Of a stretch of DNA of 64,000 nt, positions 20,185 to 29,806 are shown piece by piece. The notes under the pieces are model-generated. The model was not told the DNA's origin, made no database searches, and saw only the letters and a list, made by a program, of their open reading frames with translations. Where the stretch lies: the NCBI GenBank assembly GCA_046484425.1, contig JAWOIY010000227.1, positions 9,725-73,724 on the forward strand. Reading direction: 5' to 3'. Position 1 is the stretch's first letter; every line of letters starts with the position of its first letter. The DNA is from Desulfobacterales bacterium (lineage in GTDB: Bacteria; Desulfobacterota; Desulfobacteria; Desulfobacterales; UBA11574). The position numbers and the translations under genes are program-made.

Positions 20185-21648
20185 TTAGTCCAGACGATAA
20201 TTGGGTGCTTCTTTGGTAATGATCACGTCATGAACATGGCTTTCACGCAAGCCTGCTGCGCTGATTTTAATAAAGCGGGCTTTATCCTTGAGATCATCCA
20301 GAGTGCGGCACCCTAAATATCCCATACCCGCTTTTAATCCTCCGATAAGCTGAAAAATATTGTCGGACAGCTTGCCCCTATAAGGCACCCGCCCGACGAT
20401 ACCTTCCGGTACCATTTTATCGCTGGGAAGATCTTCATCCTGATAATACCTGTCTTTGCTTCCTTGCTGCATCGCTTCTATGGAGCCCATACCCCGATAG
20501 GCCTTGTAGCTTCGGCCCTGATAAATAACAAGCTCTCCGGGACTCTCTTCGGTACCGGCAAAAAGCCCCCCGATCATCACCACATGGGCACCCGCGGCAA
20601 GCGCTTTGGTGACATCCCCTGAGAATTTGATGCCCCCGTCTGCAATCAACGGAATGCTTGTTTTAGCGGATACCGGAGCACAGTTCATGATCGCTGTGAT
20701 CTGCGGAACCCCGACACCCGCAACGATGCGTGTTGTGCAGATCGATCCGGGTCCAATCCCGATCTTGACGCCGTCAACACCCGCTTTAATCAGTGCTTCA
20801 GCCCCTTCCGCCGAACCCACATTACCGGCAATCAGTTCAATGTTTTCGAAATTGCTCTTTAATGTTTTTACAGCGTCAATCACATTTTTAGAATGTCCGT
20901 GGGCGGTATCGATGAGAATAATATCCGCGCCTGCCTGCAAAAGGGCCTCTGTTCGCGCTTCCATATCCGGGCCCACACCCACTGCCGCCCCTACTCTGAG
21001 TCTGCCCATCTTATCTTTGCATGCATTCGGATATTTTTTTAATTTTTCAATATCTTTTATGGTTATCATACCGATCAGACGATTTCTGTTGTCAACCACC
21101 AGGAGCTTTTCGATCCTGTGTTTATGCAGCAGTCCTTTGGAATCTTCCAAGGTAATTCCTTCTGAAACCGTAACAAGATTTTCCTTTGTCATGACCTCAG
21201 AAACCTTTTTCTCAAGATCTGTCTCAAATCTGAGATCCCTATTCGTCACGATACCCACCAGCTTGTCGTTTTTGGTAACGGGAACTCCCGAAATGCGATA
21301 CTTCTTCATCAGCTGTAACACTTCGTGAACGAGCTGATCCGGATGAATCGTCACCGGATCGACGATCATACCGCTTTCAGATTTCTTCACCTGGTCAACC
21401 TCGATCACCTGACTATCGATACTCAAATTCCGATGTATAAAACCGATTCCGCCTTCACGTGCCATACTGATGGAAGTTCGAGATTCGGTTACGGTATCCA
21501 TTGCCGCACTGACAAGGGGAATGTTCAATGTAATATTTTTTGTCAAAGGGGTTCTGGTGTCAACATCACGCGGCAAAACATCCGAATAGCCGGGTAGCAG
21601 TAGAACATCGTCAAAAGAAAACGCCTCTTCAGGCGGTAGTTTTTTCAT
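20185..21648 (-). CDS. guaB: IMP dehydrogenase
   Basis: TIM barrel with inserted CBS pair and active-site [14 protein letters not shown] at 21648 with GGAGGG RBS is preferred over the upstream start at 21675. Confidence 0.95.
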   Translation of the reverse strand: MKKLPPEEAFSFDDVLLLPGYSDVLPRDVDTRTPLTKNITLNIPLVSAAMDTVTESRTSISMAREGGIGFIHRNLSIDSQVIEVDQVKKSESGMIVDPVTIHPDQLVHEVLQLMKKYRISGVPVTKNDKLVGIVTNRDLRFETDLEKKVSEVMTKENLVTVSEGITLEDSKGLLHKHRIEKLLVVDNRNRLIGMITIKDIEKLKKYPNACKDKMGRLRVGAAVGVGPDMEARTEALLQAGADIILIDTAHGHSKNVIDAVKTLKSNFENIELIAGNVGSAEGAEALIKAGVDGVKIGIGPGSICTTRIVAGVGVPQITAIMNCAPVSAKTSIPLIADGGIKFSGDVTKALAAGAHVVMIGGLFAGTEESPGELVIYQGRSYKAYRGMGSIEAMQQGSKDRYYQDEDLPSDKMVPEGIVGRVPYRGKLSDNIFQLIGGLKAGMGYLGCRTLDDLKDKARFIKISAAGLRESHVHDVIITKEAPNYRLD

Positions 21649-21956
21649 GGGTCCCTCCATCCATCTTTGTTTCAAATACCTAAGCTAATACCGCATAACA
21701 AATAGATTTATCTTTTGCAATCTTTATTAGGCAAACGGCATCGACATATTGTAACCTTTTGAAATTCTGACTTTTTAAAAAATATTTGAATTCATTCGCG
21801 AAAAATCCGGAATCGTTGCCTTGACAATATGCCGACACCCGTAATAGATAAATCTATTTAAACTTAATGAGACGAGACCATAATACAACAACCAGGGGCG
21901 ATGAGAAAGGCAAACGATTTAGCAAACATTTTCTTTGGCCCCGGCAGTAAAATAGG

Positions 21957-22571
21957 ATGCCCATGCTTTTTAAAATAAACCCGATAAACCCCCAGGAACG
22001 ACTGATTAAAAAGGTGGTTGACATACTCAAAAGAGGCGGCATCATCGCTTATCCGACCGACACATTTTATGGAATCGGTTGTGATATCATGAATAAAAAG
22101 TCAATCGAAAAAATCTACCAGCTAAAACAGCGAAAAAAAATCAAGCCGTTTAGCTTTATCTGTTCGGGGCTAAAACACATCAGCGATTATGCCAAGGTAT
22201 CAAATTATGCCTATAAAACCATGAAACGACTTCTACCCGGCCCATATACGTTTGTTCTGGAAGGCTCGAAACTGGTACCGAAGATCATGCTGACCAATCG
22301 AAAAACTGCAGGCATTCGAGTACCGGATAACCAAATTTGTCTTGCTCTGGTGGAAGCTCTGGGTAACCCGATTATCACAACGAGCGCAGCATTGCCGGAC
22401 GGTACGATCCTTTATGACCCCTCACTTATTCACGATTCTTTCCTCCAAACAATAGATGTTGTTATTGATGGTGGTGCCGTCCCGGGCTATCCTTCGAGTG
22501 TCATCTCCCTGATCAATGATTCCCCGGAAATCATCCGGAAAGGTTTAGGGGATGTGAGTATTTTTGAGTAA
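21957..22571 (+). CDS. tsaC: L-threonylcarbamoyladenylate synthase (TsaC/YrdC family)
   Basis: YPTDTFYGIGCD, PGPYTFVL and GIRVPD motifs. The start could instead be the ATG at 21963. Confidence 0.88.
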   Translation: MPMLFKINPINPQERLIKKVVDILKRGGIIAYPTDTFYGIGCDIMNKKSIEKIYQLKQRKKIKPFSFICSGLKHISDYAKVSNYAYKTMKRLLPGPYTFVLEGSKLVPKIMLTNRKTAGIRVPDNQICLALVEALGNPIITTSAALPDGTILYDPSLIHDSFLQTIDVVIDGGAVPGYPSSVISLINDSPEIIRKGLGDVSIFE

Positions 22572-22576
22572 AAAAA

Positions 22577-22594
22577 TGCCCGCATAAGCGGGCA
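22577..22594. terminator. bidirectional rho-independent terminator between tsaC and sppA
   Basis: tgcccgc-ataa-gcgggca. Flanked by A7 on the left, which reads as a T-run for the minus-strand sppA. Confidence 0.7.
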
Positions 22595-22667
22595 CTGTCT
22601 TTAATATCAATTTATTCTTGGTTTTTCGCAACAAACCCTCGACGTGTCATTTACGCAACAATCGGGT

Positions 22668-23558
22668 TTATTCCGGCCTGTATATATAGTCTGCCGACAA
22701 TTCCGGCTCAAGAAGGTGTTTTAATAACGCCCCTGAAGATGAATCGGTAATATATTTTAAAAGAGAAAATTTTTTCTCTTTTGCATATACCGTAGAGATC
22801 TTTCCTTTAATCCCGCCAAGTTGTCCCGCCCACTCAATGGCATCTTCTAAATTTCCGAGCCGGTCTACCAGACCGAATTCTTTAGACTCCTGTCCTGTAA
22901 AGATGCGACCATCGGCAAGCGATTCTACCGATTTCCTATCCATCTTTCGTCCGTCAACAATATCTTCAATAAATTGTCTGTGGATTTTTTTTGCAAAATC
23001 CTGGAGTATCTTTTTCTCTTCGGGTTTCATCTCTCGAACCGGCGACCCGATATCCTTGTACTCACCGCTTTTGACAACAATGGGAACTAATCCGATCTTT
23101 TGAAGCAGTTCTTCGTAATTTGTAAAACCCATGATGACACCGATGCTGCCGGTGATAGACCCGGGATTGGCAACAATTCCGTTTGCCCCGGCAGCGATAT
23201 AATATCCTCCGGATGTTGCTATGGTGCCCATGGAAGCCACGACTTTCTTTGTAACGACCGTCTTTCTGATCTCTCTGAAAATTTCCTGTGACGGGCCTAC
23301 GGCACCTCCCGGAGAATTGATTCGAACAACGATCGCTTTTATGCCTTTATCTTCACGGAATTGCTTTAGATGTCGCATTACGTCTTCGGAATCCGCAATA
23401 ACACCGTTTATCTCTATAATGCCTACTTTTTCTCCGAACTCAAAATCCGCTTTCATTGTACCGAACATGATAAGGAGGGTCATCAATATCATCGCTGAGG
23501 CAACTACTGTGGAAAAGGTCAGGATGAAAAAAAGATATGGGTGCCTGCGTGAAAACAT
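22668..23558 (-). CDS. sppA: signal peptide peptidase SppA, 36K type
   Basis: N-terminal TM helix, RINSPGG motif, and a ClpP/crotonase-like fold sequence. Confidence 0.9.
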   Translation of the reverse strand: MFSRRHPYLFFILTFSTVVASAMILMTLLIMFGTMKADFEFGEKVGIIEINGVIADSEDVMRHLKQFREDKGIKAIVVRINSPGGAVGPSQEIFREIRKTVVTKKVVASMGTIATSGGYYIAAGANGIVANPGSITGSIGVIMGFTNYEELLQKIGLVPIVVKSGEYKDIGSPVREMKPEEKKILQDFAKKIHRQFIEDIVDGRKMDRKSVESLADGRIFTGQESKEFGLVDRLGNLEDAIEWAGQLGGIKGKISTVYAKEKKFSLLKYITDSSSGALLKHLLEPELSADYIYRPE

Positions 23559-23606
23559 AATGCTATTATAAAAATTTTACGATCAATTCCCTTTACCAAA
23601 AATGAT

Positions 23607-23795
23607 AAACTCGTAAAAAGTCTTTTGTGAGCGACATTTGAGCATTTGGGGAATCAGCGTTTCAAGCGGTGAAGCGTTAAAAATTTCAAGCTGTTTGAGG
23701 CGCTTGCGCCGAGTTCTTGAAATTTAGCGGAACCGATGGAAACGCCCCCAAATGGTCACGGAGCGAGCAATATCGACTTTTTACGAAACCATCAA
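23607..23795. repeat. 189-bp structured repeat, family A copy A1
   Basis: Aligns with the reverse complement of 46068-46256 with 7 mismatches in 189 nt. Terminal inverted repeat cgtaaaaagtc/gactttttacg. Confidence 0.85.
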
Positions 23796-24036
23796 ATATC
23801 AAAATCCGAAATAACAAACAAATTCAAATCCAAAATGAAAAAATGACCCAAACGAATCTCATTACATTGGGTAATCTAAATAAACATAAATCAACTAGCA
23901 GATTGTACAGGCCAATTCAAGTCATTTTATCCTTCTTAAACCAAAATATTTCGATCCAAACTTGCGTTGATTCTTTTTGGCATTTAATATATGTCTTTAA
24001 ATTCGAAGTTCAAGGATCATTAAAAAAGGATACGCT

Positions 24037-24210
24037 GTGAATCAATTTCACATTTTTATCATCAGGGCGGTATTCGGGGCTGTTTTTGCGGTTGTTTTGA
24101 CTCGTATGTTTTATGGAAAAGTGGAAACTGTCTATGTCATAGGGCTCGCCGTCTTTCTGGTGGGTATGGCCTATGTTATTGAATATTTTAGGAAAAAAAG
24201 AGAGAAATAA
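24037..24210 (+). CDS. small two-TM-helix hypothetical protein (57 aa, GTG start)
   Basis: Not in the track because it is under 60 aa. GTG at 24037 is preceded by AAGGA at 6-nt spacing. Translation is VNQFHIFIIRAVFGAVFAVVLTRMFYGKVETVYVIGLAVFLVGMAYVIEYFRKKREK. Its TAA stop abuts the selB TTG start. Confidence 0.45.
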   Translation: MNQFHIFIIRAVFGAVFAVVLTRMFYGKVETVYVIGLAVFLVGMAYVIEYFRKKREK

Positions 24211-26121
24211 TTGAAACAAATCATACTCGGTACCGCCGGACACATCGATCATGGTAAAACGGCCTTGATCAGAGCACTGACCGGCATCAACACAGACCGG
24301 TTAAAGGAAGAAAAGCGTCGCGGCATCACCATTGAACTCGGATTTGCGTTTCTGGATCTTCCCAGCGGGCAGCATCTCGGCATTGTCGATGTGCCGGGTC
24401 ATGAAAAATTTGTAAAAAATATGGTGGCCGGCGCAACCGGTATCGACATTGTTGCCATGGTGATTGCGGCGGACGAAGGGGTAATGCCTCAAACCCGGGA
24501 ACATATGGAAATCTGCACCCTTCTCGGGATCAAGCTCGGACTTGTTGTTTTGACCAAAACCGACCTTGTGGATGAAGAATGGCGTGAACTGGTCATCGAG
24601 GATATCAGGGATTTTGTCCGGGGAACATTCTTGGAAAAGGCTCCGATTGTACCGGTTTCGTCGGTGACGGGTACCGGCATACCGGAATTCATCAGAACAT
24701 TGGACGAGCTGGGCGCCCTGCTGCCCGACCGGCCGCCCTCCAGCCTGTTTCGTCTGCCGGTGGACCGTGTTTTCACGATGAAAGGATTCGGCACTGTGAT
24801 TACAGGCACTCTGATTTCCGGTCATGTTCACGTGGGCGATACCATCATGCTGTATCCTTCAGGAATTACCTCAAAGGTTCGGGGTATCCAGGTTCACAAT
24901 CAGAGTGTAACCAAAGCCGAAACGGGCATGCGGACCGCTATTAACTTTCAGGGCCTTGAGAAGGCGGTTGTCAATCGCGGCGATGTTTTGTCAAATCCGA
25001 ATGCCCTAAAACCAAGCTATATGATCGATGTTTCTTTTCACTACCTGAACAGCAATAAAAAACCGATTAAAAACCGAGCTCGGGTCAGATTTCATACCGG
25101 GACCAGCGAAGTACTCGGCATGGTTGTCCTCCTCGACAGGGAGGAACTTTCGCCCGGTGAAACCGCCATTGCTCAGATTCGGATCGATTCGCCGGTGGCC
25201 CTTATCAAAGATGACCGTTTTGTCATCCGAAGCTATTCCCCGGTAAGGACCATCGGGGGCGGGAATGTTCTCAACCCGATTCCGCAAAAACACAAGCGAT
25301 TTAAACCCGATGTCATTGAGGGTTTAACAGGGTTGATGGATCATGAACCCGAAAAGATCATTTCTTATCATGTGGCGGAGTCCGGCTATCAGGGTGTTAC
25401 CCAGGCTGAACTTAAGATAATGACCAGTTTGCATGAAAAACAGCTTCAGAAAGTCTTACAGGATCTGTTGTCTAAACAAACGATCATTCTGGCGGACAGA
25501 GAAAGTCAGACGTACATCCACCGCAAAAGCTATGATACCTTCAAAACGGAAACATCTGCTTACCTGGACGCCTATCACAAGGTCAATCCCCTTAAAGCCG
25601 GTATGTCCAAAGAAGAACTCAAATCCAAGTTCCCTGATGTGCTGGATTCAAGGCGCTTTAATTTGATGCTGAACCAGATGATAAGGGACAATGCTGTGGT
25701 TAGCGAGGACAACGCGGTTCGGTTGGCATCCCATAAAGTGTCTCTGGGCGTGGATCAGGCGGATATCAAACAGAAGATTCTGGACGCCTACCGTAAAAAC
25801 GGTCTGACTCCCCCTTATTTCAAAGAACTTAAAGAATCCTTTGACATTGAAACATTCCTGGCCAAAGATGTCCTGATGCTTCTGATGGATGAAGGAATCA
25901 TCGTCAAAGCCAAGGAGGATCTTTATTTTTATGCCGACGCCGTCAAAGATTTGCAGCAGAGACTGGTCGGTTTCCTTAAGGCCCATGGAGAAATTACAAC
26001 ACCGCAGTTCAAGGAGATGACCGGGGTTTCCCGAAAGTATTTGATACCGTTGATCGAATATTTTGATTCCCAGAATATTACCATCCGCATCGGCGATATT
26101 CGTAGGTTAAGAAATAGATAA
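24211..26121 (+). CDS. selB: selenocysteine-specific translation elongation factor
   Basis: [27 protein letters not shown] and LTKTD GTPase motifs plus C-terminal winged-helix repeats. TTG start at 24211. Confidence 0.93.
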   Translation: MKQIILGTAGHIDHGKTALIRALTGINTDRLKEEKRRGITIELGFAFLDLPSGQHLGIVDVPGHEKFVKNMVAGATGIDIVAMVIAADEGVMPQTREHMEICTLLGIKLGLVVLTKTDLVDEEWRELVIEDIRDFVRGTFLEKAPIVPVSSVTGTGIPEFIRTLDELGALLPDRPPSSLFRLPVDRVFTMKGFGTVITGTLISGHVHVGDTIMLYPSGITSKVRGIQVHNQSVTKAETGMRTAINFQGLEKAVVNRGDVLSNPNALKPSYMIDVSFHYLNSNKKPIKNRARVRFHTGTSEVLGMVVLLDREELSPGETAIAQIRIDSPVALIKDDRFVIRSYSPVRTIGGGNVLNPIPQKHKRFKPDVIEGLTGLMDHEPEKIISYHVAESGYQGVTQAELKIMTSLHEKQLQKVLQDLLSKQTIILADRESQTYIHRKSYDTFKTETSAYLDAYHKVNPLKAGMSKEELKSKFPDVLDSRRFNLMLNQMIRDNAVVSEDNAVRLASHKVSLGVDQADIKQKILDAYRKNGLTPPYFKELKESFDIETFLAKDVLMLLMDEGIIVKAKEDLYFYADAVKDLQQRLVGFLKAHGEITTPQFKEMTGVSRKYLIPLIEYFDSQNITIRIGDIRRLRNR

Positions 26122-26213
26122 TTTGATATTTTTCTTGAAATTTAAACCCGATACCAATTAAAATGGGTTTAAGCTGATATTGCTGATATAAATGACTCTA
26201 TAACGGGGATATA

Positions 26214-27812
26214 ATGAAAAATTCAAATAACGGCGAGAATGACAAGGTTCATGATTCGGAGTTCAAACGGTTTGCCGCAAAGAGAATCATCGTAATTTCA
26301 CTGATAATGGTAGTGGCCATATGGGTGGCCGGCGCAATCCTCGGGTATTTCGAAAAATCTGACGAAGTTCAGGTTGCCCAAAAATCTGAAAGCCATGTTT
26401 CCCCTGAATCTAAACTCAGCAGCCCGCAACCTGAAACTTTGCACAAGGACGATAAAAAAGAACCGTCACACATACTGACAGAAGAAAATGGCCATGAAAC
26501 GACAGCCGGTCATCCCGAATACGACAAGGATACGGCCGGCGGGATCATGACAACGGATTTTATTGCTCTGGACAAGGATCTAACCGCAAAAGAATCCATA
26601 GAATACCTTAAAAATACCCACCACAAAATCAAGCAGCCGGACCAATTGTTTGTGGTGGATAAGAACCAAACGCTTCTCGGTAACATTACCACAAATCAAC
26701 TGCTGTTCGCTTCCCCGGAAGTCCGGCTCAAAGATTTTATGAATACCGGCATACCTTCCGTCCATACCGGCATCGACACGAAAATGGTTAAATCACTCAT
26801 TGACCGGCGCGGATTGTCGTCGGTACCGGTCATCGACAAGGTCAACAAGCTTGTCGGAGTGGTCAAGGCGGATCAAGTCATTCATCTGGCAAAACAGGAC
26901 ATCGTGAAACCCCCGAGCCGTGTCCCTGCTCCGGCACACGAGGTCCCGGAATCGGTGCAAAAGGAAACAGAATCGACACCTGCACCCCACGGGAAAACGA
27001 CTGCCGAACCACATAAAAAGCCGGTACACAAAGCTCCCGAAGCCGAGGAAACCAAACCCAGAGCCAAAGGTGTGGCATTTGTCGAGGCCACCATAGCACC
27101 TCTCAATTATGAACTGAATGAAAGATTCTGGGGGTGGCGGCCCAACGACATTTTGAACGTTACGGACAACGTCAACAATCTCCAGTTGGGGGTCCTTGAG
27201 GTCACCCGGCGCACCGTGGTTGCCCTGACCGAACGGTTATCCAGAACCGGCGTCACTGCGATACTTGACGTGAACCTTGAAAACGCCATGAACTGGTTGA
27301 TGATCAAACCCCGCGATTACTGGTTCCCGTCTCCGGAATCCAAATACAACGCCAGCCTCAATGAACTCAGGATCTATGTGAAAAGGCTTGAAAAAGGAGA
27401 GGCCAATTTTTACACCCGGACAGACAACTTGATCCCCTTGCTGATGGCTTTGGAGGACTTATTGGGAAGCTGTGAAGAAAACCTGGTCAAAACCCATGAG
27501 GATGACGGAAGTTCGCTGAGTTTTTTCAAGGCGGACGACTACTTTTTCTATGCCAAAGGAGTGGTCAGTGCCATGGGAACCATTCTTGAGGGGGTGTTGG
27601 AAGATTTTAAGGTGGTCCTTGAATCCCGTCGTGGGACCGAAGTTCTCCATCACGCGATTGAATCGTGCCATCACGCCGCCGAGATTGATCCGTTGCTTAT
27701 CACAAACAGCTCTCTCGGGGGTATCCTGGCAAACCACCGCGCCAATCTGGCGGCACCCTTGAGCCATGCCAGATTCTATCTTGGGGTGCTCATTAAGACG
27801 CTTTCCACGTAA
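26214..27812 (+). CDS. membrane-anchored CBS-pair protein with C-terminal DUF2333-like domain
   Basis: One N-terminal TM helix, two CBS repeats (about aa 110-225), a Pro/Glu/Lys-rich linker, then a region with WGWRPNDI ... YWFPSPESKY ... FYTRTDNL that resembles DUF2333 as I remember it. Confidence 0.75.
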   Translation: MKNSNNGENDKVHDSEFKRFAAKRIIVISLIMVVAIWVAGAILGYFEKSDEVQVAQKSESHVSPESKLSSPQPETLHKDDKKEPSHILTEENGHETTAGHPEYDKDTAGGIMTTDFIALDKDLTAKESIEYLKNTHHKIKQPDQLFVVDKNQTLLGNITTNQLLFASPEVRLKDFMNTGIPSVHTGIDTKMVKSLIDRRGLSSVPVIDKVNKLVGVVKADQVIHLAKQDIVKPPSRVPAPAHEVPESVQKETESTPAPHGKTTAEPHKKPVHKAPEAEETKPRAKGVAFVEATIAPLNYELNERFWGWRPNDILNVTDNVNNLQLGVLEVTRRTVVALTERLSRTGVTAILDVNLENAMNWLMIKPRDYWFPSPESKYNASLNELRIYVKRLEKGEANFYTRTDNLIPLLMALEDLLGSCEENLVKTHEDDGSSLSFFKADDYFFYAKGVVSAMGTILEGVLEDFKVVLESRRGTEVLHHAIESCHHAAEIDPLLITNSSLGGILANHRANLAAPLSHARFYLGVLIKTLST

Positions 27813-27815
27813 AAA

Positions 27816-27849
27816 GGTTCAAGGGTTCAGGGTTCAGCGTTCAGGGTTA
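27816..27849. repeat. tandem heptamer array GGGTTCA x5 (degenerate)
   Basis: ggttcaa gggttca gggttca gcgttca gggtta. It fills the 41-nt gap between the convergent CBS-DUF2333 gene and hemW. Confidence 0.7.
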
Positions 27850-27853
27850 CATT

Positions 27854-29011
27854 TTATAAGAATTGAGTAGCGATACTGTCCAAAAACAACATCCCTTTTC
27901 GGGTCAGCGCACAGCGGTTTTGAGAAAATTTTACCAATCCTTTTTCTTCGAGATCGGCGATGGTTTCGGCGTGCATCGCTTTAAAGTTTACGTCGAATTT
28001 TTTATCAAACGCATCAACGACAATTCCTTTTGTCTGTCTCAATCCCAAATAAATCGCTTCCATCATGAGCTGTTCCCGGGTAAGTGATTCCGCTTGTAAA
28101 CGCGGAAGCTTTCCGGACGACAGTTCCCGGATATATTTTTTTACACTTGAATGGTTCCAAAAGCGCTGTGGCTCAATAAAAGAGTGGGCCGAAGGACCGA
28201 GTCCGATATACTGTGCGAAATTCCAGTATTTCATGTTATGCCGCGATCGGTTGGATTGAAAATCTTGGCTGTTCGAACGGCTGAAAACTTCATACGCAAA
28301 GTTTGATATTTCATACTGAACAAAGTGATGAGCACTCAAGAACGCCACCGTGGTCTCATACAAATCGCAGACCTGATTCTCGCGAAGGGGCATGAAGACC
28401 TGATTTTGGAGGTCATTGTGCATTGGTGTGCCCGGTTCAAAAGAGAGCATGTAGCAGGAAAGATGCCGGGGCAAAAAATCAACCGCTGATCGTAAATCCT
28501 TGAGCCATGATGCTTTGGTCTGGGCAGGAATTCCATAAATCAGATCGAGACCGATGTTCTCAAATCCGGCCTTTTGCGCCCATTTTACCGCTGTTTCGGC
28601 ATCTTTGCCTGAATGGATTCGTCCGAGAAAACCAAGGTTGGCGGAATTGAAGGACTGAATTCCGATGTTGAGCCGGTTGACGCCGGCACGCCGATATTCC
28701 GTCAGTTTTTCAAGGTCCACCGTGCCGGGATTGACTTCCAGGGTAATTTCAGCGTCGGAAAGGATGCCGAAACATCGATGGGCGGTTTCAATGATTTTGT
28801 CGATGGCCTTTATGTATAGGACAGATGGGGTCCCGCCGCCGATGTACAGGGTATCGAATACCCCGTCCGCCTTTTGGGCCATGTGCATTTCGACGGTCAG
28901 GGCATCCAGAAAACGGGGCTGAAGCGACAGGTCCGTTATGGAAAAAAAGTCACAGTAGGGGCATTTTTTAAGGCAAAACGGGATGTGTATGTACAGACCG
29001 GCATTCATCAT
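27854..29011 (-). CDS. hemW: radical SAM family heme chaperone HemW (HemN-like)
   Basis: LYIHIPFCLKKCPYCDF, HemN-like core and C-terminal domain. The start is only 2 nt after the korC stop. Confidence 0.88.
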   Translation of the reverse strand: MMNAGLYIHIPFCLKKCPYCDFFSITDLSLQPRFLDALTVEMHMAQKADGVFDTLYIGGGTPSVLYIKAIDKIIETAHRCFGILSDAEITLEVNPGTVDLEKLTEYRRAGVNRLNIGIQSFNSANLGFLGRIHSGKDAETAVKWAQKAGFENIGLDLIYGIPAQTKASWLKDLRSAVDFLPRHLSCYMLSFEPGTPMHNDLQNQVFMPLRENQVCDLYETTVAFLSAHHFVQYEISNFAYEVFSRSNSQDFQSNRSRHNMKYWNFAQYIGLGPSAHSFIEPQRFWNHSSVKKYIRELSSGKLPRLQAESLTREQLMMEAIYLGLRQTKGIVVDAFDKKFDVNFKAMHAETIADLEEKGLVKFSQNRCALTRKGMLFLDSIATQFL

Positions 29012-29013
29012 TC

Positions 29014-29553
29014 CTAAAGATCAGATGCAAGCTTTATCCCCAGGTCCAGCGCGGTGCGGTTCATTTCGATAAATCCCGGAGGTATCCGGTCTCTTAGAAC
29101 CTTCATGATGGATTCTGATTTAACGATTTTTGTCAAAGTGATCACCGCACCCAGCATGCAAATGTTGAATACAATGGGTTTCCCGATGGTTTCCATGACA
29201 CTGTGATACATGGGCAATTCTTTTTGCTGGGCATCGACCTTCCTCTGGATTTTTACAAAACGCCTGTCCGTAATGAGAAGTCCTCCGGGTCGTATAATGG
29301 AACAAAATGTATTGTAGGCTTCCTGGGTCAGGCAGACCAGTACATTGGGCTGGATCACCTTGGGATAATTGATATTTGATTCGGAAATTATAATGTCGGA
29401 GCGGGTCGCGCCGCCCCTGGCTGCCGGGCCGTAAACCTGGGATTGCACAGCGATCAGGCTCTCATGGAGCACGGCGGCTTCAGCCAGAATGATGGCGGCC
29501 GTAATCACGCCCTGTCCTCCGGATCCGGAAAATACCAATCTGCATCTTTCCAT
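29014..29553 (-). CDS. korC: 2-oxoacid:ferredoxin oxidoreductase subunit gamma
   Basis: GSGGQGV motif and typical 179-aa gamma subunit. 2-oxoglutarate specificity is inferred from icd nearby. Confidence 0.85.
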   Translation of the reverse strand: MERCRLVFSGSGGQGVITAAIILAEAAVLHESLIAVQSQVYGPAARGGATRSDIIISESNINYPKVIQPNVLVCLTQEAYNTFCSIIRPGGLLITDRRFVKIQRKVDAQQKELPMYHSVMETIGKPIVFNICMLGAVITLTKIVKSESIMKVLRDRIPPGFIEMNRTALDLGIKLASDL

Positions 29554-29637
29554 TGTTTTTACTCCCTACATGCCTTAGTACATCTATTCTTAATTACGGT
29601 ATCGTATTTATAACCAAGTTTATTGACTCTTCGTACG

Positions 29638-29806
29638 TAAAGTTTAAAGTGCCTAAAGTGAGCTAACGTGCCTAAAGTTAAGGTATTCTATCAATTATAT
29701 AAAATCAGCGGAGCGACACGCGGCGCAAACGCCTGCGCTGCGTGAGCGACTCCTTTTTAAAACTTTAGATCACTTCACACTTTAGATCACTTTAGATCAC
29801 TTCAAG
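29638..29806. repeat. hairpin element with ctaaagtg-word arms and GGAGCGAC...GTGAGCGAC core, inside the korB-korC gap
   Basis: Left arm 29638-29683, core 29706-29753, right arm 29757-29806. The right arm supplies the korB stop codon. Confidence 0.7.

Noticed and set aside
20606-21328. Long antisense ORFs in the track: 240 aa in guaB, 243 aa at 43041-43772 in hutU, 210 aa at 34410-35042 in icd, 173 aa at 62716-63237 in bamA, 178 aa at 9918-10454, 176 aa at 24301-24831, and many shorter ones.
   Set aside because: Each lies entirely inside a confidently recognised gene on the opposite strand. Their sequences are low-complexity or compositionally odd, with no family resemblance and no RBS.
21821-21849. 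A TTGACA box upstream of tsaC considered as a promoter, and a TATAAT at 55572-55577 upstream of pilC.
   Set aside because: The partner hexamers are poor or wrongly spaced: TAATAG at 15 nt or ATAGAT at 17 nt for the first, and no -35 for the second. The evidence is too weak to list as features.
26142-26172. The hairpin ttaaaccc-(15 nt)-gggtttaa after selB, considered as a terminator.
   Set aside because: It has a large loop, an AT-rich stem and no following T-run.
27816-27849. The tandem short repeats here and at the other loci (heptamers/octamers) considered as possible CRISPR arrays.
   Set aside because: The units are 7-10 nt with no unique spacers, and the arrays are under 50 nt. There are no cas genes. 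This is not CRISPR.
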